A DNA stretch of 64,000 bases from Vicugna vicugna (GCA_013265495.1 MU058065.1:6200302-6264301), one strand, 5' to 3'. Shown: positions 48,301 through 61,539, counted from the stretch's first letter. Notes: generated by a model not told the origin, from the letters alone. A program made the numbers and translations.

Positions 48301-49410
48301 CTAGCGGTCCAGGTTCATAGTCCAGTGCTTGGCTCCGGTCGCGCAGCTGTCCCTGGCGGCCGAGGATGAGGCGGGGGCCGTGGGCGCACTCCCGCTGGGT
48401 GGACCCCCGGCGCCGGCGGCGGCCTCGCCCTCGTTCTTGAGGTCTTGGAAGACCTGCGTGAAGAAGTGGGGGTCAGCGTTGAGTCGCAGCATCTGCGGGC
48501 TGAGCCGTTGGATGAGGCGCAGGCAGCGCTGCCAGAAGCGCTCCTTGTCGGGCTCCACGAGGAAGGGCTTGAGCGGGTAGGAGATCTCGTTGCCCATGTA
48601 GGAGTAGGCGAGGTAGAGGCAGGTGAGGAAGGCGGCCTGCAGCTCGGCGGCGGACGCCAGCTCATCCCCGCGCAGAGACTCGCGACAGAGCAGGTACACG
48701 AACACCAGGTTGGCGGGCGTAATGAAGGCCTGGTCTTGCCAGCCCTGCAGCAGCAGCGAGCGGTCCACTCCGCGGAACCAGCCCACCAGCTCGCCCGGGC
48801 TCAGCTCCTTGAGACGGTAGCAGCGTCGGCACACGAAGTCGCCCAGGCAGCGCAGCAGCTCGCCGGTGGATGCCTGCACGATGACACGCCGCGGAGAGCC
48901 GCCAGGTACTGGCGGAGCTGCCTGCGGGGCTTGGGGCGGCGGTGGCGGCTTCCCCCCACCGGAGCCTGGCGGTGGGGCGGCGGCACTGCCCCCCGACGGC
49001 GGCTCGCAGGTGACAGCGGCCGCCGGCACAGTGGGCACCGGCACCGCCAGGGGTTTGGCGGCGCCGCCGCCGTCAGGGGGGTCTCGGCCCTTGCGGAGGA
49101 GGTTCTCGCGGTTGCGTTGCTGGACCAGGGGGTCGGGGCCAGTGGACGCCGGCTTGGGCGTCACCTTCTTGCTGCCTTTCTTCTTCTTGGCAGACGCGGC
49201 CACCAGGCGCTTCCAGGTGAGCGCCGAGATGAGCACGGACGGCCGCTTGAGCCGGCTCTCGCCTTTGCCGCCCTTGCCTACTGGCGGTCCGCCGTAGCCC
49301 CCCAGCACCTCGTCCCCTGCGGGCGGCGCCTTCTTCTTCTCCTCGGGTAGCGAGCCGGGCCTCCGGCCTTTGGCCGAGGAGGCTGGGGAAAGAGACAGCA
49401 CCGTGCCCAT
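48301..49410 (-). CDS. CDK5R2: Cyclin-dependent kinase 5 activator 2 (p39), intronless, 369 aa
   Basis: MGTVLSLSP myristoylation-type N-terminus; activator domain [17 protein letters not shown]...[14 protein letters not shown]; ends HWTMNLDR*. Confidence 0.98.
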   Translation of the reverse strand: MGTVLSLSPASSAKGRRPGSLPEEKKKAPPAGDEVLGGYGGPPVGKGGKGESRLKRPSVLISALTWKRLVAASAKKKKGSKKVTPKPASTGPDPLVQQRNRENLLRKGRDPPDGGGAAKPLAVPVPTVPAAAVTCEPPSGGSAAAPPPGSGGGKPPPPPQAPQAAPPVPGGSPRRVIVQASTGELLRCLGDFVCRRCYRLKELSPGELVGWFRGVDRSLLLQGWQDQAFITPANLVFVYLLCRESLRGDELASAAELQAAFLTCLYLAYSYMGNEISYPLKPFLVEPDKERFWQRCLRLIQRLSPQMLRLNADPHFFTQVFQDLKNEGEAAAGAGGPPSGSAPTAPASSSAARDSCATGAKHWTMNLDR

Positions 49411-49639
49411 TGTGCAGAGCGGGGCCGGCGCCCGGGCCCCGGCAGGAACCGCGGGCGGCGCTGCTGCCGCCGCCGCCGCTGCTGCAGCCCCGGGGGACCC
49501 GGCAGTGGGGGTCCAGCCCCGGCCCGGGCGCGGGAACGGGCAGTGGAAGGTGCCTGCCTGTGTTGCTCGGCGGCTGCTCAGAGTCTGAGCTGCGCCAGCT
49601 GCAGCGTCAGCTCCACCCCTTGGGCCGGTCTTTGACCGC

Positions 49640-49745
49640 GCCGCGCCCCGCCTCACGCAGCCAATCCTCGGCCCAACTGCCCTCCTAACTGGCAGCTCCG
49701 CTGACCAATAGTATCTCTCATGCCAATCTCAAGTCCCGCCCATTC
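49640..49745 (-). promoter_or_regulatory. CDK5R2 TATA-less promoter
   Basis: Three CCAAT boxes (49661, 49705, 49723) and GC boxes (~49645, ~49735) at the edge of the CpG island. Confidence 0.65.
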
Positions 49746-52700
49746 CCCCACCTCGGTCTCTGGTCCTTTCCCTTCTCTAGAAAGGGGAAAGGAGGAGGAG
49801 ACTAGTTCGAGAGCCCCCTGAGGGTCAGAGCTGGCGGATCGGGGGGTTGGGGTTGGAGAGCTGCTCCCACTTACCCCTCCAGGTCCTAGGCCCTTGACTC
49901 AATTTGTTTTGATGCATTGGATCGGGGTAGCAGAGATGCCATGGGAACAGTTTCTCCCTCGTTTTCATAATGTGTTGAGGGGCAGCGTAGGCAAGGAGGG
50001 CCCTTATCAGGGAGCCCTGGCCCCACCTGGGTCGCACTGCACCAGCTCCTCCAATCTAGCAATCGGTCTATACTCTCTTAGCTCTCCTCCCAACCCTTTC
50101 CCCTACCAGGCCACTAGGGAGGGCTGCAGCAAGTGCGTTCTTGGTCTGCCTGTAATGGGGTGCTGTCGGGCTCTGGCCTTCCTGAAGCTTACAACGCGCC
50201 TCCTTGGGGGCCTTTACTCTGGGGGTGGCAAGACCCTCAGATATGTATCTGAGGCCACCATTTGCTGACATGATTCTCTGCAGCTGAGTGAGGGGTGAGA
50301 AGCCCTGAGCTCTGGTCCCTGGGCATCTCCTCTTGTGCTTTGTCCCCACCCCTGCAACACACCCTCATTCTACCCTTGGGTGAGTGATGGGTGGTTGGTC
50401 CCTTGGGAAAAGCTGGAAGTTGTTCTGCCAGGCTGGAACAGTAGATGGGCCTTCTCTACTGAGGCCCAGGATAGTTGGTTCCACCTCCAGCCCAGCCCTG
50501 CGTTCAGGTTGAGGCATTTCCATGTTACAGGCTCCCTGCCATTCAGATCCTAGCTGTCCCTACTCCTAGCTGCAAGCTGTTAGTCTGGGTCCTACCCATT
50601 TCTTTCTGGGTCTGTCTGTTCCCTCCTCAGTACCCACAGGCCTTTGTTCTGGATCTGGTACCTCCAGGCCTGCAGAACGTCCTGAGCCCAGCTGGTTCTG
50701 GGGCTTTGTTATTTGCCTTGTAGGACTGTATCCACCCTTCGCCTGGCCTGTTCTCTGTGGCTTCCCATCAGAGGAGTCTTCTGGCTTCTTAAGTGGGCCT
50801 TAGACATGAGTATGGGTTTCTTGGTAGTGAAGCCTTTACTTAAGGATTCACCAGAATCCTCAGAATTGGCCCTGGAATCACCTCCATGATCCTCATGGAC
50901 CACCAACACGTCTCCAAGGATCTACTGCTGTCAGTTTTGGTGCACATGTGTGTGCCTAGCTCACTCCAGGCAGGCTATTTTAGAATCCCCTTGGGCTGCC
51001 ATCTAAGGCATCAGCTTTTCTCAGCTGTCTCACAGCCCCCTCCAGCTCCCACTCCAGGGTGGCTGTGGTCTGGCTGTCTTGACTCCCCATCTTTTTACCA
51101 CTGTACACATGCCAACTTGTACCCCTTCCTGACTCAGCGCCATGTGCGGTTTCTCAGCAGGGATTCTCCTGCTCTCTTAGATCTGATCTTTATTCTCTCA
51201 CAGCCCAAGCTGACCTGCCCAACCTCTCATTCTCCCCATAGTTGCAGAAAAACATTCCCTCTTTTCAGCATCTGTAATTGGTCCCACTTCCTCCTACAAG
51301 GCCTTCTAAGTCAGCCTTTATCTGACACCCAAGGAACAGCTGGTTCACCAGTGGTTAAGGACAGGCCCCACAAAGACTGATGTGCACTGGCAGAAACACC
51401 GGCACGTGGATCTGAATGGCACGTGGGTCCTCCCAGCTCTGCTCCCAGGAGTCCCTCATTGATGTAAGGCCTATTCTTGGTATCATTTAGGACAAGATTC
51501 TATGCAGCACCCACAGATGTCACCACCATGCTATCCCTACTCCAGGCCCAGCAGTCCTCTTAGAATCAAGAATTTCCTCCTCTGCTTCAAGGTCCCCAAA
51601 TCAGGTGCCTTGAAAGATCTCACTCCCACTTCTCATTCTCCATCTTTCCCTGCCTCAGACACTCTCTCTCTCACTTACATACTCACCACCCCCCTAGGTC
51701 CTATTATCCCTCTTGAATCTCTGAGCTCCTCTTACTGTGACAGGACCCTTCCTCAGACCACCACCCTGCCTTCTTCAAGCTCTTGAAATTCCACCTCCTC
51801 CGAGAAACTTTTATGGGCTAATTGGGAGGGACCTGGTACCCTCTCTGACATCAATCTTTCTAACCTCTCCCCACCACCAGCAGCTGCTACATAACAACCT
51901 GGTTAAGAGCTGGGCTCTGAGTCCCCAGTCCAAGATGTGCAAGATGGATATGGATGGAATTTAAAGACAAGCAAAATAATAAAAACGAATCCATAAAGAG
52001 TAAAGGCATTTCTGTTGTTAAAAAGCTGGCAGCATTAAGGGAGGAGAGAGGTGGGTTATGTTGATACAGGGGGACAAGCATGGTGAAACCAGGAATACTT
52101 AATGAAAAGATGGCTTTAGGGAAGGAGAGTGGCTTCCTACGCACATCTGCAAGTGTGCTTTTCTGGTTGGATTATGTATAAGGTCTATATTCTGTGACTG
52201 ATTCACTTATCTACATTAATCTCTTTATGTTGTTCTCATCTATTTTCCATGGATATACGTGCTCCTCTGGGACAGTGTGGATGTACTAGACTCCCTTAGA
52301 TGAGAAATCCCCTGAGGCCAGGCTCCTTGTCTGTCTCATCACTCTGTAGGTTACCTAGAACAGCACCCTGTCCAGGTAAGTGGATATTTCTGAGGGCTCT
52401 TTAAGTCAAGAGCTGTAGGTGTAGACCAAGAACTGGAGGGATTAGACCAGGGTTTAGCCTGTGCCAGAACATGGCCTTGTTGGTGAGGATCATCACCAAT
52501 TTCACCTTAGAGATGAGCCCTTCCCTGACCCTTCCTGGGAAGATGAGCCCCATCTTCAAGGGAACATCCCCAGGCAATGATGCTCCGACTTTTCAGCACT
52601 TTGGCTGATTTTATCTTTTTCTGATGATTTTATCATTTTTTGAGGCCATAGTGTCAGAGGCAGGAGGCAGGAGTTCTTGTCCACATCTTATAAACTGTAT

Positions 52701-55700
52701 TACTTGGGGAAGTCATTTCTAGCTTTCTGGGCCTCCCTTTCTTCATGCTAAAATGAAGGCATTCTGTATATTTTTATTATAAGGCAAAAATGAATACTAA
52801 AGGAATAAGGTAATCTCTTGGGGATTGGACTTAAAAATTATTCCTAAAGCCTCTTCCATTCTATGATTCTGATTCTAAATAAAATATGTTCTGTGAATCT
52901 GTTTCACTTTCTAGCTCCAGCCCTGTCTGGATCTCTCTAATCTGTTTCTGCTTGACGGGCTCAGTCTTATGTGCACAGCATCTGTGTGAGGCCTGCCATT
53001 CTGCAGTTCATCCCAGGAGATAAAGAAGAGGGTGCTCAGGCTTTCAGCAATGTAAACCTCCCTAGATTCTTCCAAACTCGGGGTGGGGTGGGGTAGAGGG
53101 GGCTGAAAGGTGATGAGACATAGGACAGGGTGCCAAGATGGCTGAGTTCTAGGGTCTCCCCGATAAAAATCAAGGGCAGAGGTCCTAGAACGCAAGGTCA
53201 TTGTATCCCATATCTCCAAGGGGGCCCTATAAAGGGGCTGATGACAATGCAGTTTCTTAAAACAGCTAGGATGGAGACTCAGCCTGGGCTTCTGAATCCC
53301 TTGATCTTGTGGCCCCCTACCCCTTCACTTATCCAGTACTCCCACTCCAGGGACTCAGCTCCTGAGATGTGCAAAAGGAAAGGATATGCACCATCCCTTT
53401 CTCCCTCTCCAGAGGACCTTACCTCAGGGGAGCTGGGGTGGGGAGGAGTAAGGCCCGGGAAAGGCAGCGGAGGGAGCAGAACCTGTCCCCAGGCAACAGT
53501 GGGGAGTGAGGAAAGGGGCTGAGCAGAGAGAAGAGAAGAACTTGATAAAGGAGGTGCTGCTAGCTGCCAGGAGGGAGATCCCACATTCTCATATCTTTCC
53601 CTTTCCAACAAGCCCTTTGCTAGAAGGACTTAATTGAGGAGCCCAAATATAGGATTTTTTAAGAACAGAGAATAGGGTTGATAAGCACAGTTGGGGAAGT
53701 GGTGCCCTGGGACAGGGAGAAAAGGGACCAAAGCCGAGATGCCAGAGGGCCCAGCATTATGGGTCTGAAGGACAAGGGTGAGCTGAGGGCTCCTTTTCCT
53801 TGCCCTTAGCTTTGCTACCTTAATGAACAATTGGTCCCTCTTCTAGGTTACCATTGCCAGCCCTCCCTCATCCTCATCCCTGGATCTTCTCTCCCCAGCT
53901 TCCTGGCTCCTGCCTTCACCTCCCTTTGTTGCCCCCTGAGAGTTCTCTCTGCCCAATGTTTCTAGTACTTTCCAATAGCTTTATCTCTCAGTTCATCATC
54001 TCCTGACTCCATCAAGCCCTTTTTAAACCTCCTTTTTGCCCCCAACCCCAAGCCACAAGCATCTCTGTCTCTTCCCTGCCCCTGCTGGAGCCCAGCATAG
54101 AACTCCAGATGTAGGAGCAGATCAAGAAGGGCGGGGGTGGTGGCTGTTGCTTTTCTGGGATATTCTTAGCCTGTCTGGGGGCTGGAGCTGGAATCAACGT
54201 TTCCATCTCAACCAGGCAGGTGGCTGCAGGAAAGCTGCTGCTGTGATTGGATCTTCATCTAGTTGTATATCTCTTTCCCTGTCCCTGTCCTCCTCTGCCT
54301 CAATTCCATGCTGAGTCCTGCCTCCTGACCCCTGTGCCCTGGGATGGCAGTAGCGGTGGCGGGGGGAGGTTCCCTCTGCTCTGGCCTGGCCTCAGTGAGG
54401 TCTGAAAACCCTGCTCTTGGAGATTCTGGGGGAAAGAGAAGAGCCCTCAAGAATTCTAGCTAAGATATTCCCTGGATCTGCACACAGCCTTTGCCTTCTG
54501 CCTAGCTTTTATCTGCCCCAACAAACCCCTCCATGGTACTTGGTCCCTAGACGCTAGCCATGACCATGAAAGCCTTTCTTATCTTGACTTACAGGAATGC
54601 TCAGGGACCCTGTAGTTCTGGGAACTGCCTCCTGAGAGAGGCTAAGACCTGGGGTATGGTCCTCCTTTGGGACTGAACAAGGGGCTTACTGGCCCAAATT
54701 CCTTCATTAGCAGAGGGAGGGGCCAGGAAGAGATCTGACTTATTTGAAAATAGCACCGAAAACATTTGTCACCTTAAAAAGACATTGACAGTGTGGGGGT
54801 TCCTATGCAGGCTCTGGCATCATGAAGGTCTAATTTCAAATCTAGCTCCCCACTTATGAGCTAGGGGACTTTGGGCAAGTTTCTTAATTCTTCTGAGATC
54901 TAGAAAGGTGGACTATCAAAGGGTTGTTGTAAGATTTTGTTTAATCTCACAATGCTCCACAGTGCTTGGTGCATAGTGCTTGATGTTCAAAAAAATGTGA
55001 GTTATTATAAATTATATTGTTATCATTATTTTTACAGAGCAGAAACAGTTTACTTGACCTGTACCATTAGCATGTTTTTTTTTCCCTCATTAGAACATTC
55101 TTCATTAAAGGGCCAGGGTCATACTATCACTTCTTGTTTGGCTTTTGAGACCTGAATTTACAGCTGTCCTTTCTTCTTGGCCATTGTGCTGGCAGCTACT
55201 GCTATTCAGACTGTTCCTGAGGGGTTGTTTGATTTGATTCCTGAGGTCACAAAGACCTGACAGCATATCAAGCTCTGGTCCACTGCAGACCTCATTAATT
55301 TTGTGAACCTCTGTGTCCCTGCTCTGTGCCAGGCACCATGCTGGCCTCTCATTCTGACTGCACTTCTCAGAGAGCATTCTCTAACTACTCATCCCACACC
55401 CCACTGTCTTTCCAAAGCTCCAGAGACTCCATGTAGGGTCAGTTCTGCTTTTCAAGAGCTTTGAGGAAATATTCTGCAAAATTATAAAATCCATATTAGC
55501 AAATATTATTTGAGAAATTGTAGCCTATAAGGTCCTGGGCTAGGTGCTGGGAACAGGAAACAGCATGAGTTGGGTCACCCGTCTTCAAAGAACATAGAAC
55601 AGAAATGAGAATATGAAAAATAATAATCAATAGTCGTAAGTTGATCAGTGTCCTAGGATCAGTTACAGAGGATGGGACTGGATAACTTGACTGATTCCCC

Positions 55701-56254
55701 TCCACCTTCTACCTTTGCAGCTAGTCTGTCTCCAGCTTGTCCTCAATTCTCACAACGAAGCAACAGCTAAGCAACCACTGGCAAGAGGTTAAAATCAATT
55801 TCTAACTAAGGTCAGTTCCTCCACCTGGTATCATGTCCTCTCCAGTCTATGGCCTTTCCTGTCCAACCCCGAGTACCTTTCCCAAGGCAGAGCCAGGCCT
55901 CAGCAACTGCCTACTCACAGTGACCAATTCTGCTCTCTGAGCATGAGGGTGAATGAATAACTGCTTGTAGGAAGAGCCCTGGTGGGCCTGCTTATGGCCC
56001 AATATCTTGTCAGGTAGAAGTCACTTCTGTTTTCCTCCTGTTTGTCTAGGACTGGGGGTTGTAGGGGGTGGCCTTTGTAACAGATTAATTTATACTTTAC
56101 TTTCCCTGACTGCAAAATATAAAGACAATCCTTAATTTTTATCTCCTTTAAGGAAAAAGGCAATCTTGATTTTATCAGCTAGAGCCCCACATATACTTGC
56201 TTTTGATTTTGAATAGAGAGCAGAGAAGTGTAAGAAGGTTGTCTGCTAGATTAA

Positions 56255-56460
56255 TTGGTAGTTCCTAAACTACTCTGCCTGGCAGAACCACCTGAAAGAA
56301 CTTTGTAAAAACAATTTCTGGGCCCTACCTCAAACCTATGGAATCATAATTTCTTTGGGTGGGCTCAAGGTGGCATCACTGTAAGAAAATATTAAGAGGG
56401 AGAGGAAAACTTGGGGAGATGGCTGGGGTCCCCTCTGTTCCTTATGTTGAGCACCACTGT
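56255..56460. mobile_element. MER5-like hAT-Charlie fragment
   Basis: agaaccacctgaaagaactttgtaaaaa...ctgggccctacctca...gaatc and terminus gttgagcaccactg. Confidence 0.5.
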
Positions 56461-57949
56461 TGTGCTGCCAGAGGAACACCCAGTCTATAGTAAGAATATC
56501 CTAACTTGCTTTGGGGAAACCACTTCTCCCACACTCTCAATTCATGTTGTTTACATGAGGCAATGTGCATAATGTTTCCTTATACCCAAAGGCCAGGCTC
56601 AGGTCCACCTTACATGTGTACTGTGCTTTACAGCTTACAAAGCATATCCATAGACATGATTTCACCTGATAATTCCAACATCCTTCTTAATAGATATGTA
56701 CCTGATCATTTATTTACCTTGCTGGTAACAATGGATCAGGGATGGGGTAACCAAAGCCAGTCCAACGAGATTCAATTCTTGAAGTTTTACAATAACTGTT
56801 GAGAATGAGATGCTTTCCTTCCTCTGAGGTTGCTAGCCTGGTGAGATGAAAGCCTTGAGATGCCAGTGACTCTCTTGCCCCCTGCATGGAGGGAGGTCAC
56901 CTGAACTAATACACAAGAAAACAGTCAACAGATAAATGGACAGATTTCTGATGTAATTTTAGCCCCTGGACCCAGCTGGGCCTGATGCAGATCTGTGACC
57001 CAACAAACACTCCTCCTTCCCACTTTTTTTCTTCTAATCTTAATATAATTTGAGTAGCAAATCTAATATTTGCAAGGGGAAAAAATATCCAGCTAATAGA
57101 ACTTCTTGCCTGGAAATTTTTCTTCCAGAAACTTGTTGGTAATTTTAGAGAAGTATATGTTCAGTCTTGATGACTGAAAAAGGTGGTCTCTCACATCTGA
57201 TTGTCAGTGAAGGACTGAATCTGGATGAGACACCGTTGACCAAAATCTGGGTTCTGACCCCAAGGCTTATTTCCTGCTGGATTCCTCAAAACTCCCTGTC
57301 TAAACCATAGCTGATGATTGGAGTTCATCAGGTCTGAGTGACTCTCAAATTAAAACCTTGGGACAAGAAAGCCATTTCCCTACAGCCTGCACAATTATCA
57401 AGTCTTCCTGGGTTGCTGTCAGGTTGCATTCCTTGGTTATCAGCTTCCTGCTAAATAAGAAATTTGATGCTTCACCCGCCATCATGCTTCTGAATCAAGT
57501 TTGCCCCCAACCAGTGTAAGAGGCAGCTGTGGCCACACAGAGCCATTTGTTATCATCAGGGTCATTAACACAATGTCTCTGGGTGGCAGGGCTGGGGGTG
57601 AGTCTGAGCTTTAAGCTGGCCCAGGGTTCTCTTCCAGGACTCCTGTCTGGACTGCCTTTGGGGAGTTACCTCAGGAGAGTGGCTGGGGCTCCAATCAAAC
57701 CAAAATTTTCAGATGCAATATGGTCATATTTGCTTTTCTTTTCTTTTCTTTTTTTTAAAACTCTGAGGCTGTTTACTTTCAAGTAGTTTTATGGATTATT
57801 CTACAATAGGACAATATTTTCCTAACCCACTCTGTGGTCCAGGTCCAAATACACAATCTTGATGGTGATTCTACGAGCACTTGGCCATCCATTCACATTT
57901 CACCTTTCCATTCATGTGTTCACTCAACACAAATTTAAATAAACAAGAA

Positions 57950-58212
57950 ATTTCCTTTTCTTTCTTTTTCTTCTTTTTCTTCCTTTCTTTCTTTCTCTTT
58001 CTTTCTTTCTTTCTTTCCTTCTTTCCTTCTTTCTAACTTCCTTTCTTTCTTCCTTCCTTCCTTCCCTCCTTTCTTCCTTCCTTTCTTTCTTTTCTTTCTT
58101 TCTCTCTCTTTCTTTCCTCTCTCTTTTCTTTCTCTCTTTCTTTCTCTCTCTTTTCTTTTCTTTTCTTCCTTCCTCCCTTCCTTTCTTCCTTCCTTCCTTC
58201 CTTCTTCTTTTT
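57950..58212. repeat. Compound (TTTC)n/(TTCC)n/(TC)n polypyrimidine tract, ~260 bp
   Basis: Almost pure C/T run. Confidence 0.95.
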
Positions 58213-58654
58213 GGTTAAATCAAATCTGACTTCTAGCCTGATCCTATTAGGATGGAGGGAAATTCATTCTCATTTGTTATGGGGACTCCATCCTCCTCCC
58301 AAAGGCTAAACAGAAGAAGGTCTCTGGCATCAATTCTAGGGAGAACTCATTGTCTAAGCCCAAAGAGCCCCTCAAAGTCTGGCATCTCTACTGTTTCTAG
58401 GTTGTGATTGGGGGTCAGGAATCTTAAAATTTTTATGCAACATGTGAAAAACACGAAAAAGTAAAACAATATATCCACCACCTAGTTTAAATAATTAAAT
58501 ATTGCCAACAGTTTGATTTCCTTATCTTCTCCTCAATAGCCTCCTCTTCCCTATCACCAACTGCCCAATAGAATAATCAATATTTCAAGTTTGGTTTTTA
58601 TCCTTTCCATATATTTCTTTATGTAGATCTTGAATAAGCAAATACATCTGCGTG

Positions 58655-59230
58655 TTTTATTGTCACATACCAATTACCACAAACTTACATGTTTAGAGGC
58701 TTAAAACAACATCTACTCATTACCTTGCTTCTGTAGGTCAGAAGTCCAGGAGGGCTTAGCTGGGTTCTCTGCTTAGAAGTTCATAAGGCTGAAATCAAAG
58801 TCAGGGATCCTATCTGGAGGCTCTGGAGAAGAATCTGCTTCCAGGCTCATTTAGGTTGTCAGCAGTTCCTCATGGTTGTAAGACTGAGGTCCTTGTTTCC
58901 CTGTGGGTTGTCACCTGGAGCCGGCTCTTGGCTCCTAAAGACCACCCACAAGGCAGTAACTGTGCACTGAATCCTTCTCACACTTGGAAAGTCTCTTATT
59001 TCCATTTCTGTGACCAGCTGGAGAAAACTTCTTGCTTTTAAATGTGTCATATGATTAGGTTAATTAGACTCACCCAGATATTCTCTCTACTTTAAGGTCA
59101 ACAGATTAGTAACTTCAAGTCCATCTGCAAACATCCCTTTGTCATATATCATAATCATGTCACATAACATAATCATGGGAGTAACATGGGGAAGGGGAAA
59201 CATGGAGGCCATCTCAGAATCCTGTCACTA
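58655..59230. mobile_element. MaLR (MLT1-type) LTR
   Basis: aattaccacaaactt...ggcttaaaacaaca...ctgtaggtcagaagtcc...aaggctgaaatcaaagtc...tctggaggctctggagaagaatctgcttcc. Confidence 0.75.
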
Positions 59231-59259
59231 TATCTATTTTCCTATCTATCTATTGAGAT

Positions 59260-59700
59260 ACTTTATATATAAATGAAGCCACATTATATTAATCTGAAAT
59301 CTGCCTCTTTTTTTTTTGCTTTACATTAAGTTTGTAAGATTTATCCTTGTTGATGTTGATTTCTGTTACTGTATTTTACTCCATAAGGGTAGTAAATTTT
59401 ATTTATTTGCTCTCCTGGTGACTGGTATTTAGGTAGTTTTCAATTGTTTATGACTACAAACAATGTTGTTATAAATATTATATTTTATGTCTCTGGTGCA
59501 CGTGTGCAGTCTTTTCTCTAGGAATATGCCCAGTAGTAGAACTGCTGGATTATTGGGCATGCATGTCTTCAACTTTGCTAGATATTGCTAAGTTGTTCTC
59601 CTAAGGGGTTGTACCAATTTATACCTCACCACCAGCAATGTATGCAAGTGCCTATTGTTCCAGTCTCACCAACTTGTGATCTTGTCAGATCATCTAAAAT
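59260..59700 (-). mobile_element. Ancient L1 3' fragment
   Basis: ctaggaatatgcccagtagtagaactgctggat...gtaccaatttatacctcaccaccagcaatgtatg. Confidence 0.7.
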
Positions 59701-59864
59701 AACTCATTGTAATAATACATAAACTTTATTTATTCAACAAATAAATATTTATCAAGTTGTATTACATGTTAAACAGTGACAAAATAGACAAAGTCCTTGT
59801 CCTATAAAACTTTCATCACATGGAAAAGGGGTGTGTGTGTGCTTGTGTGTATTTTACATTGAAT

Positions 59865-60265
59865 CCAGGTGTTGGCAGGTTGGTTCCTTCTGAAGACTCT
59901 GAGGGAGAATCAATTCCATGCCTCCCTCTTAGCTTCTGATGGCTGTGTCAATCCTTGGAGTTTCTTGGCTTATAGACTTATCACTCCAGTCTCTGCCTCT
60001 GTCTTCATACCACATTCTCCCCTCTGTCTCTCGAGTCTCTCTGCTTTTCTCTTAAGAGGATACCTGCCATTGGATTTAGGGCCCATTCAAAATTCAGGAT
60101 GATCTCATCTTGAAATCCTTAATTACATTCATAAAGGCCCTTCTACCAAATAAGACACATTTGCAGGTTCTGCAGGTTAGGACATGGACATACCTTACTT
60201 TCTTTTTTTTCCTTTTTTTTTTTTTTTTTGGTGGTGGTGGTGGGGAAGGCCATTCAACCCATATA
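59865..60265. mobile_element. MaLR (MLT1A/B-type) LTR fragment with an internal poly-T run
   Basis: aggtgttggcagg...ttggatttagggccca...ggatgatctcatcttgaaatccttaattacat...ttaggacatggacatacc. Confidence 0.75.
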
Positions 60266-60599
60266 GTGGGCTGTAGTTCTGTAATCTGCAGGCGTTTCTA
60301 TGTATAGCTAATTATTATTATAGCTTGTATCATGATATGAGAGTGTCTTTCAGAACTATGACTAGTGCCACTCACCATGCCAATGGACCTGGCATTATGA
60401 TACAATGTCAGATCAGAGGTTGCATTGCAGAATGGACATGTCCTATAGTACCTACCCCCAGAAGTAAATGAGTAAGGAAGATAAACAAGATCTGAAATTT
60501 GGGAAGCCAGAAGCTTGTCTGTGGAAGATTCTGCTAGTCATCAGTGGCATAAAACTGTACGTGGAGAATTCAGCCCTCACAAACATCAAGATGGAAGTT

Positions 60600-61148
60600 C
60601 TCTCTTGTCAGGAATATATTTGGTTATGTTCTGAAATCATACAACTCATATATGAAAGAAACTTGGTAGCGGTTTTTCCAAATTAGACAACAATCTTAAA
60701 AATTGACATGACATTACCAATGGGTTTTGAAGCCCAAATAAAGTTTTTAAAGCTATAAATAATTTTTAAAATGATTTGATCACCCATGCTAGAGGAGAGA
60801 CTAAATTACCTTTCCATTCTTTCTTAGATAGTGATACTATAAAACTATTGTCATATAAAGATGTGATCACAGAGTATGTGGCCAAGAAATGTGGTACAAA
60901 AGAATTAAAGAGGGATATGTTAAGCAGTTAACTAATAAAAAAGATTATGCTATTTTTTTTCTGGATTTTGTGATATTTATGGTATTTGTCTGTATTTAGA
61001 ATTTATAATTTGTTATGATTTATTTTCTCTTTCTAAATAAATATTTAGTTTCCTGCCTAATGCCATACTCATAATTTTGTAATCTTTTACTTAAGAAGTG
61101 CTCTTAGGTTATATAACTTTCAGGTCCACAATATCTATCCTTGCCCCT
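60600..61148 (+). mobile_element. hAT (Tip100/Zaphod-like) transposon fossil, transposase C-terminus
   Basis: One frame reads VFPN*TTILKIDMTLP...KL*IIFKMI*SPMLEERLNYLSILS*, the hAT C-terminal dimerisation-domain pattern with stops. Confidence 0.7.
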
Positions 61149-61539
61149 TTAAATAAGACATATACCCTACCCTCAAGGAATTCATGGTTAGAACCTACAC
61201 AGGATACAACAAAAGCACTCATTTTGGGTAAGATTTCACTCTTTCTAATTCCACTTGGGTTCTGAAATCCTATGCCACGCCATCCCTTACGTGAAAGTTC
61301 TTCTTACCCCTCCTGGGGTCTAACACCTCTTACCACGGATGGACATTTTCCTCACCCAACGCACCACACAAAGCTCCCTAACATGAAGATGACCTCATTA
61401 GGCTTCTCTTTTATTGGGATGCCCTTCTTACCCCATTCAGGCTCCTATGCCCCAGGCCTGGTCACTGTCCTATGCAGATGCCCTCCTTATAGGATTGGAC
61501 ACCTATGCAGGACTACCTCCACATCAGGCATTATAATTA

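Noticed and set aside
48445..49350. 301-aa + strand ORF antisense to CDK5R2
   Set aside because: Shadow of the GC-rich codon usage of CDK5R2; non-ATG start.
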